Shown: positions 14,371 to 25,879, counted from the first letter of the whole stretch. The stretch is DNA of 55,434 nt, filler included, from Sphacelaria rigidula (GCA_964200075.2; 4 parts of 4 records of this genome joined end to end with filler, not necessarily neighbours in it), one strand, 5' to 3'. The notes: generated by a model not told the origin, from the sequence alone. A program made the numbers and translations.

Positions 14371-15977
14371 CTTTTTGCATATCTTATCCGCATCCAGATT
14401 CACCGTCTGTGGCCACAATGCAACTCTTTGTATGGCGATTGTTTTCTTGCTACTGTCTAATGCATCAAACAATTTTATGCCATCTTCTTACATATCCGCA
14501 TTCGCCCCTCTAGCACGCCCTGTTCCTCATTGTGTAGTTCATGTTCTGCCACTGTATGCTTCCTACTGTATTGCTTTGCCACAGGGCAAATATGTGCACC
14601 ACTGGGGAGGGCGAGGGGAGTAACGTACCGTTTTAGCCAGCTAGCTACACGGGCATTTGAACACGCGAATGGCGATGCTCTCGAGCACGCAGGGGGCATC
14701 GCCAGAATGAGTCGACATACTGTTCCCGTGTGACACGTCCCTGCCCCCATCTCCTTCACCGGGGATGAAATCGATGCATCATAAACGCATCCCTCCCCTG
14801 AACATATTTCAGCGGAAAGGGGGGTAATATCCAACGTTTGAGCCATTCGCGATCGGACAACAATGGATTTTCACACGTGACTGGTACCAGTTATTCAAAG
14901 CCATCTAGTGATAAGATATGGTTTTTCTTAGCCGGGTTACAGACACCACGGGGAAGTCATTGTTCCGTTCCCTCACTGCACATCCGGAAGGATCATCATG
15001 CACCATCAGGGTATATTACATACGAATGGCGATGTCCCTGAACACGCTGAAGGCATAGTCAGGCCGTAGTTTCCCCATCCTGAAGGTTTACTACCCCTGC
15101 CTTTCCCCCGCCCCTCCTCCTCGGGGATGTAATCAACGTGTCCCCTCCCTAAACCAGCTGAGCGGAGAAGGGGGTGTTATCCGACGTCAATCATTTGCGG
15201 CGCGACAAAAATGAGTCTGAACACGCAACCGGTACTAATAGAGAGCCCACAACCTACCCGAACTCATAAGACGTTACGTTTTTCTTAACGGGGTCACAGA
15301 CACCCTGGAGTAGGTATTGTTCCATCCCCTTCTTTTCTTACAGACGTGCTGGGATAATAATATATTGCCATTGCTTGTCAAATACGAACGACGATTCCCG
15401 TGAACACGCGAGGTGGTCACTCGAACGTTCGCATCTTACTCGCTGATTCGAGACCATCCTTCTCCCTCTCCACGACGATAAGATGAGCATACAAGCTGCT
15501 TCACGCTCATCACTCAGCGAAAAAGTCAACATTGAGTACAGATATATATATATATATATTGTAATGTGGAGCGGATACAAATATCTTCAGATCCCCGATG
15601 TGAGAAGCGGTGGCAAACACAAGGAGCCCGAGAAAATCGCCAATGACGAAAAAATCACAAAATACCACAAAATTAATAGTTGGACCGCCCACCACTGTAG
15701 GTGGTCCGCGGAGGGGGGTAATGAGGAAAACCGAAGCAGCGGCATAATTGGCCCTCACTCGTCCCACACTACCCAATTTCGCTAGAGAGCTTCGAGTCTA
15801 CTTTGCCCATCACATAAATCGTGATTTTCAATCATTTTCGCGCTAAGTCATACTCGCCACGTGCTACGCCAGCTCGCTCTGAAGAAACGGGGGCTAAGTG
15901 TAAATAGTGGCATACGGCCCGAAAATTCGCGATATCCGTCATTTTTTACAAAACTACGGACGCTTGTAAAAAATATA

Positions 15978-16443
15978 ATGGGAAAAGAAATCGATTAGCG
16001 GCGCGACATCAGCAAACCTGATTAAAAAAGGCAAATAGCATAAGGAAATTGTCTCCTCCAATGAAACCATCCCGTGAATGTCATATCAAGGACAGGGGTG
16101 GGCGGCCGACGAAAAGGCAAATGTGTTCGCTTTCATGTACAGTTTGTTCTAAGGGTGGTGTCATTCACCGAATACCAGTCCATATGCCATCGATTTCCAC
16201 CTCAGACCTGTGATGGGAAAAGAAATGGAGAACCGGCGCGACATCAGCAGACGTGATTCAAACGGGCGAATAGCGTAAGGGAATCTAATTCGCCAATATA
16301 ACTATTCCGTGGATGCCGTACCACGCACAGGGGAGGATAGCCGACGGAAAAGCATGTGTGTTCGCTTTCATGTACAGTTTGTTTCGGGGGTGATGTCATT
16401 TACCGAATACCAGTTCATATGCAATCGCTTTCCGCCTCAGACC
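15978..16443. repeat. Tandem duplication, 235-bp period, 2 copies
   Basis: atgggaaaagaaat...cggcgcgacatcagca...tgtgttcgctttcatgtacagtttgtt...cctcagacct at 15978 and 16213. Confidence 0.85.
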
Positions 16444-18154
16444 TTCGTCTGGTGGTGAGGTCTGTATATTGTCGGAGAGCGATGCCTAATGAATCGACTT
16501 ACTCCTTCCGTGCTGCCTGATGAATCGCCTCACTCCCTCCGTGCAGTTCAATTGCCAAATCCGCAGCTGCTCACAAAATCCTCGTGGAAAGAAATGACGA
16601 TGGGTAATGGTTTGTCCCTTCCTGTCGTTTCTCAGAGAAAGGGCTTTCCGTCCCGTCCCGGTCCGGCCCGACCCGACCTGACCTGACCTGACATACTTCC
16701 ATTTGTTTTGATGTCCCGTCGTTTGCCGGAGGAAAGGAAAACGTTCCCGTTCCGTTCTGACCCGGCACGTTGTACTTCGTTTCTTTTTTGCATCATTCTC
16801 CGTTCTCCTCACTACCTTGCTGGATGTTATTGCTGGATCGCTCGGCTAGTGTTCCGGCTCCCGTTTCATTTCGTCACTTGTGTTACGACTTCTAATGGGA
16901 TCAGGTGTGCAAAGCATCGGCGGCGTGTTGCGCGTAAAAAGACGACAGGCGGGTTATGTGACCTAGGAATGACTAGTTCTACAATCTGAGAGCACATCAG
17001 CCGTCTTTGACGATTTTTGGTGAGTGCAGTTTGACTATGGTTGAGGAGAAAACAAATGCGTGAATTTTGATACACGCCGATCAATCGTCTTGATCTTTTA
17101 TGCATTTTCGAGACTAGGGAAGGTTTGCACAAAACGCACCATTTTCATTTTTCTCGCCCAGAGTCAGAGTGCACCCACCGAGACTCGTCAATGTGTCCTG
17201 GAATCCTGTCAGATGATGAAGCATATCATTCCCAGATAAAATACCCCGTCCGGCCTACTACTCAGGCGCTCAACGTCAGCGAGGGGCCAAAATAGGCACT
17301 TTTGATCGGTTTGCACCTGTGGCTCCACAAGAAGCCGTTCTTCAATTTTTCTCCCCTCCTGTTCGCTGCTCCGTACTGTTCGGCTTTGCTCCGGCTTTGC
17401 TTTGACTTTGCCCCTCCGTGAGTCGTCGACGTCTCCTTTCTCGACCCCCCCCCATTATTTTTTTCTTTCTTTCTTTCCTCTCATCTTTTGTGTCCTGTCT
17501 TTCCCTGGTAGCAGCTGCACCTGCCGATGTCTTTTCATGTTCTCGTAGATATGTGTCATCCTGCTTATTTCCGGTGATCACGTGGTTGGTTTCTGCTGTG
17601 GCGCTGCTCAGAGTTTTCCCGTCCAGGCTTATCTGTTGGTTGTGTATTTCTTGCAGAGGGGAGACAGCTGCTTAGAGTTTCCCGTCGTTCAAGCTCCTGT
17701 TTTGATGGTGTGTTTCTTTCAGAGGGGGGACACCAGCCTGCAGCTCGCTACTGCAGTAAGGTACTCTCTCTACCGGAGGAGAAGCAATCCTTCTTTGCGT
17801 GGTTACCCCGGAACGGTACCTCTCGACTGCGGGTCTGAACACTCTGGTTAATGTGAGGGAGAGATGAGAAAGAAGGACACCCCTTCACGGTCTGATGAGA
17901 TATACCGTCAAAGAAACAGGGAATGCGTCCGATTCCGCGGGGAACTAAGATGACCTTTAGTTTTTTTTCAATCTGTACCTGATTTGATACAATGTTCTGT
18001 AGTGCCCTTGAATCTGACCCGATTTTGAGCACTATATATCGAGAAAATGAACCGACCAACTACATAGTCGGATGAATGCTGGAGAAATGAAACCTGAATG
18101 ACCCAATCAGAATCAATTTCAAGTACACGCGTCACCCGAAATGACGGCATCGCT

Positions 18155-18685
18155 CAAAAAACATGTGCTACAGTACATTTTACAACAAATCTGTGACGTT
18201 GCTGTACAACTGTACACAGGGTTACAACAACAGAAGCATAGATGCTGCTGCTCGTGTTGTTTTTGTGCCACTTTGTTGCAGTATGTCGTTGTACCCATCT
18301 TTCAACGCGGCTAACTCGGCAACCAAGCAGAGGATTGGACTGCGGTTTGATGCGTGCGCTTCCCACACATCGGAACTCGCGACTATACAGACGGTTTCCC
18401 GAAACGCGCACTGCAGAGGCCGCAGCACTCTGCAAACCGCTGTACCAAACCCAAAATATACTGAAAAAGGCGTATCCTTTAACGCTTTGGGATTGTCGGG
18501 TCCGCTGTGCCGAATCAGTCCCTAGATCTAGTTCGTGTGCGGGTGTGTGTGAAGAACCACAGGCCGGTTGCTTCCTGTGTCGAGAACGAGGCGATAAAAA
18601 AATTACAGCTGTCGCATACTAAACCTAGGTAACTTGGAATCGAGCATGTGTTTTGTTCAGCAGAAGTTTAGCACAGGTCCGAACA
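18155..18685. repeat. Dispersed repeat family A, copy 2
   Basis: Collinear with 2585-3150. Confidence 0.85.
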
Positions 18686-21384
18686 ATTCATGTACTGTAG
18701 CTACGCTATATCGACGGCCTGCGGTGTGAACTATGTAAGGATGATATAATCATACTCTTTCTTTGGTTTGTGCTCGACATGTGTTTTCCCATCACTATTT
18801 TTTCTTGATTCCTTTTGACTCGATAAACCGATCCGTCGATATATCCAGAACCGGTGGGGAAGTACACGTTGAAACCTGTTGCCCGGGGGTAACCTCGTGT
18901 CCAGCTCATGTCGGCACGAACCCAACGTACATTGTGCCCTCCATACTCACAGCTGGAGCACATGTCAAGATCCGCATGGGTACTGTCTACGATGCAAAGC
19001 ATTGATCTTTGTCGAAAATCTCACTGAACCGTCGACGGTCTGGGTTCTACTCACCATGTTGTTCCGTCCGAGGGCAAGTTGGGAGGATATGGCATGAGGA
19101 GGGGAGGTTGAAAGGGTGCTGTATGTGAAGAACTGCTTTTGCATGATGCCATCAGGAGAATTGATTGAACTCTAGCGGTGATATTATTGTTAACAAAGAC
19201 ATGTAACACTATGTCATCAACGTGGGAGAAACTTATCAGACAGGATTGCAGTCGTGTGATGGTGGTAGGTTTGTAGCACTTGCGTATTGAGCCGATTGTG
19301 TGTGCCCTGTGTCTACCAAACTTGTTTTTTTTTTATTCCCGTTGCTCGAGTTTCCACCATTAATAGCAAGTGATGGCGTTTCGTTTACTTTGGGTGCGTC
19401 TATCGTGTGACCACGCCTGCATTACTCGGGAATCACCTAGTGTACGACAATAAAAAAACACGGAGGGCCCGTACGCGGAACCAGGAATAAATGAATAAAT
19501 GTCACGTATGTACCAAGTGACCAGGAACAAAAAGCGACGTCACACGGAGCTAAGTCTGTCGGCCTGCTGGAGTAAGTGCTGCAGAACCATCACCCCCGGT
19601 CTCGTGTTGGGGGCTGGGTGTATTTTTCTCCTAGAGGTATTTTCCACGCGTCCTGTGCACTGAGATGGTATAATTCGGAGGTGCTATTATGTGTTGATCT
19701 TCTCGGTAGCCGGAAACATCATTTTTCGGGGGTTAATGTGTTCAAAGTGCTGGTGCTAAACTTACTTCATTCTAGTGTGCTCCTTACTCGTGTTTTTTTG
19801 CTCCCAGCACCTCGGTTTCCAGTCCATACCAAACGATTAAAGACTGCCACGATCACATGCAGAGGGGTATCCCAATCGCATATGTTGTTGTGTGATTTAT
19901 CGTGACACACAAGGGGGGCGGTGCATATGGTGTATTTCCCTGCACATGTGAAGCCATATGCAGTCGCAAACTTAGCATCAACCCTTGAGGCACACTATGG
20001 AGTAGCTTCAAGGACATGGCTCAGTCCATCATGGCTACGTCGAGGATCGTGTATTTTTTTAGCATCGATGATGTAGCCATGCATTCGTTATGAGCTGTCT
20101 TGCGGAATTCATCGGGATTGTCATGTACCGGTGTTGAGGCGGGACCTGAGCGTTTTATAAAGTCCAACCACCGCGAAATTCATGTCTTGAAGCGTAGGGT
20201 TCACCGCTCAAGCCATACCGTGACTTCGCGACTTCCCTACGGAATGAACAATCCGTAGTCGGTAGACACCGATACCTACTACTCCTTCAACGAGTGAACC
20301 CAAGTAGTTTTATTTTCCTATGTCTCGAAGTGTACGGTTTACCCATCCATCTCATGTCTCCTGGTTGCGTTGAGTCTGAGTTTACCGAGTAGGTCCAGCA
20401 TTCAGTAAGGCACTGACTTTCGCTTCTCGTAAGGAGTGTTTGTTGCTTTCGTTGTCATCACCAGTCGTTTCAATCGCCTTCCCTCCAGTATGTCATTTTT
20501 TCGAGCTATTGCTTGGAAGATAGGTCGCTATTGACCAAGAATAAAGTAGGATTCATACATTTCCGGTAGGATTCCCGACTCACTCATGGAAAAATCAATT
20601 TTTGTGATGTAGTTCCACTTGCTTGTTCGATAATTTTCCGTACTCGGTTGTTACATGCATGCCAATGGGTCTTGTGGAAACTGAAGGATTGGTGGCTATC
20701 AGTCACCGAGAAACTCGCCTGCCTTTTGAGGGCTGGAGTCCTCGGCCGGTTGTGTCAATACGCACAACTACAGCGGCAGCACGTACCAGTGCAGAAATTG
20801 GCAGGATTGTACTTGAGCCGAAGACGTTAACATCCTCTCAATCATGCCACTTCATCCGCGCAATTGGTTGAAGTTGAGTGAAGGGAGTAAATATATACAT
20901 TTGGTAGTGTTTTTTGCGATCGATACCATCCCATTCTACTGATTTTTTGGCCGTAGTGTTTGGCATGTCTTTGTGTTGTTTTTTTGCATGGGCTGCGCAA
21001 TCCAATGGAGAACCAAGCCGAGGAATAATGTAGGGTTTTGCAAAATTCTCCCCCAGAGGAATTGGCAGCACTACGTCATGTTTCGGAAAAGGAGCCCCTC
21101 ACAGGGCAAAGGCCTACCCGATCTCATCACATTGTGAAGGTCCACACAAGATATGAGCCGTCCGTACTGACCATTTTCCCTCGAAGTACTGTACGCCTCT
21201 TTTGACAAAACACTTGACAATCTTCGACCCGGTTTTTTAATCCGTTCCTTAGCATCAGGCAGCACCAGGAGGGATAGCCTGCCCCTCTTGTTCGGCCATT
21301 TGACTGTGGGACTGCTAGAAGCAGCCGACATTGTGTGCGCTGGAGGCTTCCGTTTTGCCGACGTAGCGCCGATGCTGGCTTGGC

Positions 21385-21683
21385 AGTGCTCCCAAAAGGG
21401 CTGCTTGAAATGATTACCAGATGGCATGATGGGCGTCAACGTCGTGGAGCTGCCGATGGTCAATGAAATAAACAAAGAGTGCGGTTGACGACGGCATCTC
21501 CAAACAACCATCGCACTGTATAGAGTGAAGCCGGAAGGCGGGGTTCTGTGCCGATCACGCGGAGGGGGGGATGACTCCGCCAATGGGCAAAAGTGCAGCA
21601 ACTAGGGCTGCTCGAAACAACAATCGTACGGTGTAGCGGAAAGCCGGTTGGCGGAGTTCTGTGCTGCTCACGCTAGGGGAGGG
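21385..21683 (+). pseudogene. Decayed EsV-1-7 repeats upstream of the intact ORF
   Basis: Recognisable repeat DNA (gagtgcgg...tccaaacaaccatcg...agccggaaggcggggttctgtgccgatcacgcg; aagtgcagcaacTAGggctgctcgaaacaa) with stops and frameshifts, including GAG>TAG at 21603. Confidence 0.75.
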
Positions 21684-24005
21684 ATGATTGATGTTGTGAG
21701 GAAGAGGTGCGGCAGCGAGAGCTGCTCCAAACAACCATCGTATGGTGTAGCGGAGGGCCGGTTGGCGGAGTTCTGTGCCGACCACGCGAGGATGGGGATG
21801 ATAAATGTAGTGACGAAGAAGTGCGGCAACGAAGGCTGCTACAAACTCCCGTCGCACCGAGTAGCAGGAAGCCGGAAGCCGGAGTTCTGTGCCGCCCACG
21901 CGAGAGTGGGAATAGTAGATGCAGTAACGAAGAAGTGCGGCAACGACGGCTGCTCCAAAATCCCGTCGTTCGGAGTAGCAAAAAGCCGGAAGGCGGAGTT
22001 CTGTGCCGCCCACGCGAAGGTGGGGATGACTCTTGTAAGAGGCAAGGAGTGCGGCAACGAGGGCTGCTTCAAACAGCCATCGTACGGAGTAGCAGGAAGC
22101 CGAAAGGCGGAGTTCTGTGCCGACCACGCGAAGGTGGGGATGACTCACGTGAGAGGCAAGAAGTGCGGCAACGAGGGCTGCTCCAAACAACCATCGTATG
22201 GTGGAGCGGGCAGCCGGTTGGCGGAGTTCTGTGCCCGCCACGCGAGAGTGGGGATGATCGATGTGAAAAGCAGGAAATGTGGCAGCGAGGGCTGCTCGAA
22301 GCATCCATCGTATGGTGTAGCGGGCAGCCGGTTGGCGGAGTTCTGTGCCGACCACGCGAGAGTGGGGATGATCGATGTGAAAAGCAAGAAGTGCGGCAGC
22401 GAGGGCTGCTCCAAACAACCATCGTATGGTGTAGCGGGTAGCCGGAAGGCGCAGTTCTGTGCCGACCACGCGATAGTAGGAATGGCCAATGTAGTGAGCA
22501 AGAAGTGCGGCAGCGAGGGCTGCTCCAAACATCCATCGTATGGTGTAGCGGGAAGCCGGAAGGCGGAGTTCTGTGCTGATCACGCGAGGATGGGGATGAT
22601 CGATGTTAGGAGCAAGAAGTGCGGCAACGAGGGCTGCCCGAAAAACCCGTCGTATGGTGTAGCGGGAAGCCGGAAGCCGGAGTTCTGTGCCGACCACGCG
22701 AAGGTGGGGATGACTCATGTAAGGGGCAAGAAGTGCGGCAGCGAGGGCTGCGTCAAACTCCCATCGTACGGTGTAGCGGGAAGCCGAAAGGCGGAATTCT
22801 GTGCCGACCACGCGAGAGTGGGGATGGTCGGTGTGAAGAGCAAGCAATGTGGCAGCGAGGGCTGCTCCAAACAACCATCGTTCGGTGTAGCGGGCAGCCG
22901 GCTGGCGGAGTTCTGTGCCAGCCACGCGATAGTAGGAATGGCCAATGTAGTGAGCAAGAAGTGCGGCAGCGAGGGCTGCTCCAAACATCCATCGTATGGT
23001 GTAGCGGGCAGCCGGTTGGCCCAGTTCTGTGCCGACCACGCGAGAGTAGGAATGGTCAATGTAGTGAGCAAGAAGTGCGGCAGCGAGGGCTGCTCCAAAC
23101 ATCCATCGTACGGTGTAGCGGGAAGCCGGAAGGCGGAGTTCTGTGCTGACCACGCGAGGGTGGGGATGATCGATGTGAAGAGCAAGAAGTGCGGCAACGA
23201 GGGCTGCCCGAAAAACCCGTCGTATGGTGTAGCGGGAAGTCGGAAGGCGCAGTTCTGTGCTGGTCATGCGAGGGCGGGGATGGTCAATGTGAAGAGCAAG
23301 AAGTGCGGCAACGAGGGCTGCCCCAAACAACCATCGTACGGTGTAGCGGGAAGTCGGAAGGCGCAGTTCTGTGCTGGTCATGCGAGGGCAGGGATGGTCA
23401 ATGTAACGAGCAACCAGTACAGCAACGAGGGCTGCTCGAACCGGCGTGTGTACCTCGTTGATGACGCCGAACAGGGTGACATTTGCCAACATGCTGTATC
23501 TCAAGCAACAGGGCGAGGGCAACGTGGAGACATCTTCGATGAAAAATTAACCAAGGACGGACGACCTACTCATTCCATCAGTCACGGAGGTGGTGCGGGC
23601 GATGTTAGGTCCGACCCTGTCTTACTTGTAAGTTCCGAACTTGTTGTTACTGCGCCGTCGCAGCCTGCCGGGGGTGCCGAAGGCGGACCTCTGGGGACAA
23701 GGCCGTACACGAGGGTGAAATTGGAAGAGTTTGCTCCCGGTCAGCGTTCCAGGCAATGCTTGCGAAGGGGGGTTGGCGTGGCCACCTCCCCTGATGAAGG
23801 TGGGAGCAGCAGGATTCGCAGTAGCTCCAGTGATGGTTGTGATGGAAGAACGAAGAAGCGTATTTGCAGGATGCCGTCGATGGTTGGTGAACATCTTCGG
23901 ACAGAAGCTGTTGCGATGGATTCTCCTTCAGTGGTGTTTGATGGTGAAGAGGAAGGCACGAAGATCGAGCTGTCAGTTTCGGCTCCGTTTCCCCCCCTTG
24001 CGTAA
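21684..24005 (+). CDS. EsV-1-7 cysteine-rich repeat protein (15 complete 38-aa C-X4-C-X16-C-X2-H repeats plus a low-complexity C-terminal tail), intronless
   Basis: Open frame from just after the in-frame TAG at 21603-21605 to TAA at 24005; first ATG at 21684 (the ORF track starts at TTG 21648). Repeat consensus CGSEGCSKQPSYGVAGSRKAEFCADHARVGMIDVKSKK matches the EsV-1-7 motif known from phaeovirus EsV-1 and brown algal proteins such as IMMEDIATE UPRIGHT. The true start is uncertain. Confidence 0.9.
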   Translation: MIDVVRKRCGSESCSKQPSYGVAEGRLAEFCADHARMGMINVVTKKCGNEGCYKLPSHRVAGSRKPEFCAAHARVGIVDAVTKKCGNDGCSKIPSFGVAKSRKAEFCAAHAKVGMTLVRGKECGNEGCFKQPSYGVAGSRKAEFCADHAKVGMTHVRGKKCGNEGCSKQPSYGGAGSRLAEFCARHARVGMIDVKSRKCGSEGCSKHPSYGVAGSRLAEFCADHARVGMIDVKSKKCGSEGCSKQPSYGVAGSRKAQFCADHAIVGMANVVSKKCGSEGCSKHPSYGVAGSRKAEFCADHARMGMIDVRSKKCGNEGCPKNPSYGVAGSRKPEFCADHAKVGMTHVRGKKCGSEGCVKLPSYGVAGSRKAEFCADHARVGMVGVKSKQCGSEGCSKQPSFGVAGSRLAEFCASHAIVGMANVVSKKCGSEGCSKHPSYGVAGSRLAQFCADHARVGMVNVVSKKCGSEGCSKHPSYGVAGSRKAEFCADHARVGMIDVKSKKCGNEGCPKNPSYGVAGSRKAQFCAGHARAGMVNVKSKKCGNEGCPKQPSYGVAGSRKAQFCAGHARAGMVNVTSNQYSNEGCSNRRVYLVDDAEQGDICQHAVSQATGRGQRGDIFDEKLTKDGRPTHSISHGGGAGDVRSDPVLLVSSELVVTAPSQPAGGAEGGPLGTRPYTRVKLEEFAPGQRSRQCLRRGVGVATSPDEGGSSRIRSSSSDGCDGRTKKRICRMPSMVGEHLRTEAVAMDSPSVVFDGEEEGTKIELSVSAPFPPLA
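21708..23417 (+). repeat. Coding tandem array, 15 x 114 bp (EsV-1-7 repeats)
   Basis: Exact 114-nt period with no indels over 15 units; a 16th degenerate unit (YSNEGCSNRRVY...CQH) follows. Confidence 0.95.
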
Positions 24006-24851
24006 GTGTTACCAACACGAACGCGAGTTGGTGATTAAGACATGCTCATTGCACGCCGATCAGTAGCTCAGCGCCGGTTCCTCCCGGAGAGTTTGACGGT
24101 ATATTCGAATGCGCCGCCGCAGCCCCCGTTTCTGTGCGTGTCGTTGCGACAGAATGGAGCTGTTCTGGTTATGAACATGGTGATGCCTGCGCCAGAATTA
24201 TGTTTTTCGTTCAATCACATGCTTCGCGAAAGAAGCACTTCGCACAAGTGTGTATTTGTTTTTGTACCGGGCATAGACGCTGTTATGTCTGCTCTTTTGA
24301 TTGGCACAAGTACAACGTACAGCAGAGCGTTGATGCATCAGGTGCTCTTTTGCTTTGATTACTGTAGCAGCATCGTGGGCTCTTTTTTCGCTGGGCACGA
24401 ATCGTGTATCGCCAGTGACAAAACCGGCTTGTCGAGGATGTCACATGTTCGTAAACAAACGTATGACGCGTGTACCCGCCAACCCCGAACATATGACAGA
24501 GGGCACATGTGATTCAAAGGTGTCAGACGGCCCAGCCAAGAGTGTTGTCGTGGTATAGTGGATCAGGGGGGCAAGCATTTACAGTACGCTTTCGGCGTGA
24601 GTGGCACGTATAAACGGAAAGAATTGCAGACGATCCGTCACCGGGTCGATAGCAGCTTTAACGTCATTTCCGCCGTTGGAAGGGGATATGTCATCCGTTC
24701 AGCATCCCTCGTTGCTCCGGCCCCATTCTCCGCTCTCTCCTGTCCTTGTTGTGGCAACAACATTAGTTGATCGACCTTAATCGATTTCAATGTTTTTACT
24801 GTAACTGTGTCGGTGCCACGGACCGTAAGTAGGATCTGCAGAGGGTCGTAC

Positions 24852-25018
24852 TTCTTCTGCCTCTAGTGGGACCAACCCGTAGAAGCTTGTACTAATGCGG
24901 AAAAAGATCGATTTAGGCCTGTCAACTCCTGACTCGGGGAGCAGAGTTGCAGCCTCATGCTGTGGATCCGAGAACTGGACATCAACCTGCAACAGCTTCG
25001 TGTCAACGAAAGGTAATC
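24852..25018 (-). CDS. Possible isolated internal exon (LPFVDTKLLQVDVQFSDPQHEAATLLPESGVDRPKSIFFRISTSFYGLVPLEAEE), unknown gene
   Basis: ctgcag acceptor, gtacga donor, open frame with globular-protein-like composition; no partner exons identified. Confidence 0.3.
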
Positions 25019-25087
25019 CTGCAGGTAACACGGGACCTTACAAATTGGGGATGGATATTTCATTGGGGATGAGAAACCCTGAGAACT

Positions 25088-25408
25088 AGAATCTTCGTAT
25101 CCACACCAAATCTTCGAAGTAAGCTTACATTTCTTCACCTACTGATAGCTATTGACAACTGCTACACGCCGTAGAAACTTGGATTTCGATCACTTAAATG
25201 TCGGGGTCCCAGGTAAAAAAACACTCTTGGGACCATTTTGGCGCCCGGTCGGACACCCGGGATTCCCCAAAATTGGTTTTTAACCTAGGCCCCCAACATT
25301 TCGGTGATCGAAATCCAAATCCCTATGTCGTGCAGCAGTTGTCAATAGCTATCAGTGAGTGAAGAAATGGAACCATATTTCGAAGATTCGGTGCGGATAC
25401 GAAGATTT
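25088..25408. mobile_element. Foldback/MITE-like element with arms of about 140 bp
   Basis: ctgatagctattgacaactgct / agcagttgtcaatagctatcag, ttggatttcgatcac / gtgatcgaaatccaa and atcttcgtatcc / ggatacgaagat are inverted pairs. Confidence 0.8.
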
Positions 25409-25879
25409 TTAGGGTTGGATGCTGGCGCCCAGCGCCAGTATGCTGGGTCCAAACAGTACACTGGTGCCGCGGCGAAGCCGCGACCACCGCCCCCCCCCCG
25501 GCTGGTGAGGGGGCCCCGCCGGAGGTGTGTTTTTACGCGATTTGGCTTCACTAGAAGATATTTTTTGGGTACTTTTGGTAGGTGCATGGATCCCGTGGTA
25601 GGTGCATCACTTGAATATTGGAGACATGCATTTGCATTCGTGGTGAATACGGTGCTAATGAAAGTTTTTGGCGTTTTGCTCTTTGGTACATTGCTTCCAT
25701 GTTGCCATGTTTGAGCATGGTCACGGCATTCGTGGGCGTGAAATCGGGTGGCCGATGTAAAGATTCGTGCGAACTGGCCGTGTTGAACATATTTCTATAG
25801 GGACGGATCTCGATACTGTGGAGACCCCAATCTGTCAGAATCGGGGGGGCTTACATATGTGCGGAAGATCCGAGGGTGT

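Noticed and set aside
17870-17945. Hammerhead ribozyme-like CTGATGA...GAAAC
   Set aside because: Stems I and II cannot be paired.
21708-23417. Regular array as a possible CRISPR
   Set aside because: Whole units repeat in frame with no unique spacers, no cas genes are present, and the context is eukaryotic.
21555-23522. 655-aa minus-strand ORF and other overlapping ORFs
   Set aside because: Antisense and alternate-frame shadows of the 114-bp coding repeat; the Cys/His motif is on the plus strand.
21684-25018. EsV-1-7 gene nested in an intron of the MORN gene
   Set aside because: They lie on different contigs, and the candidate exon at 24852-25018 cannot be tied to the MORN gene.
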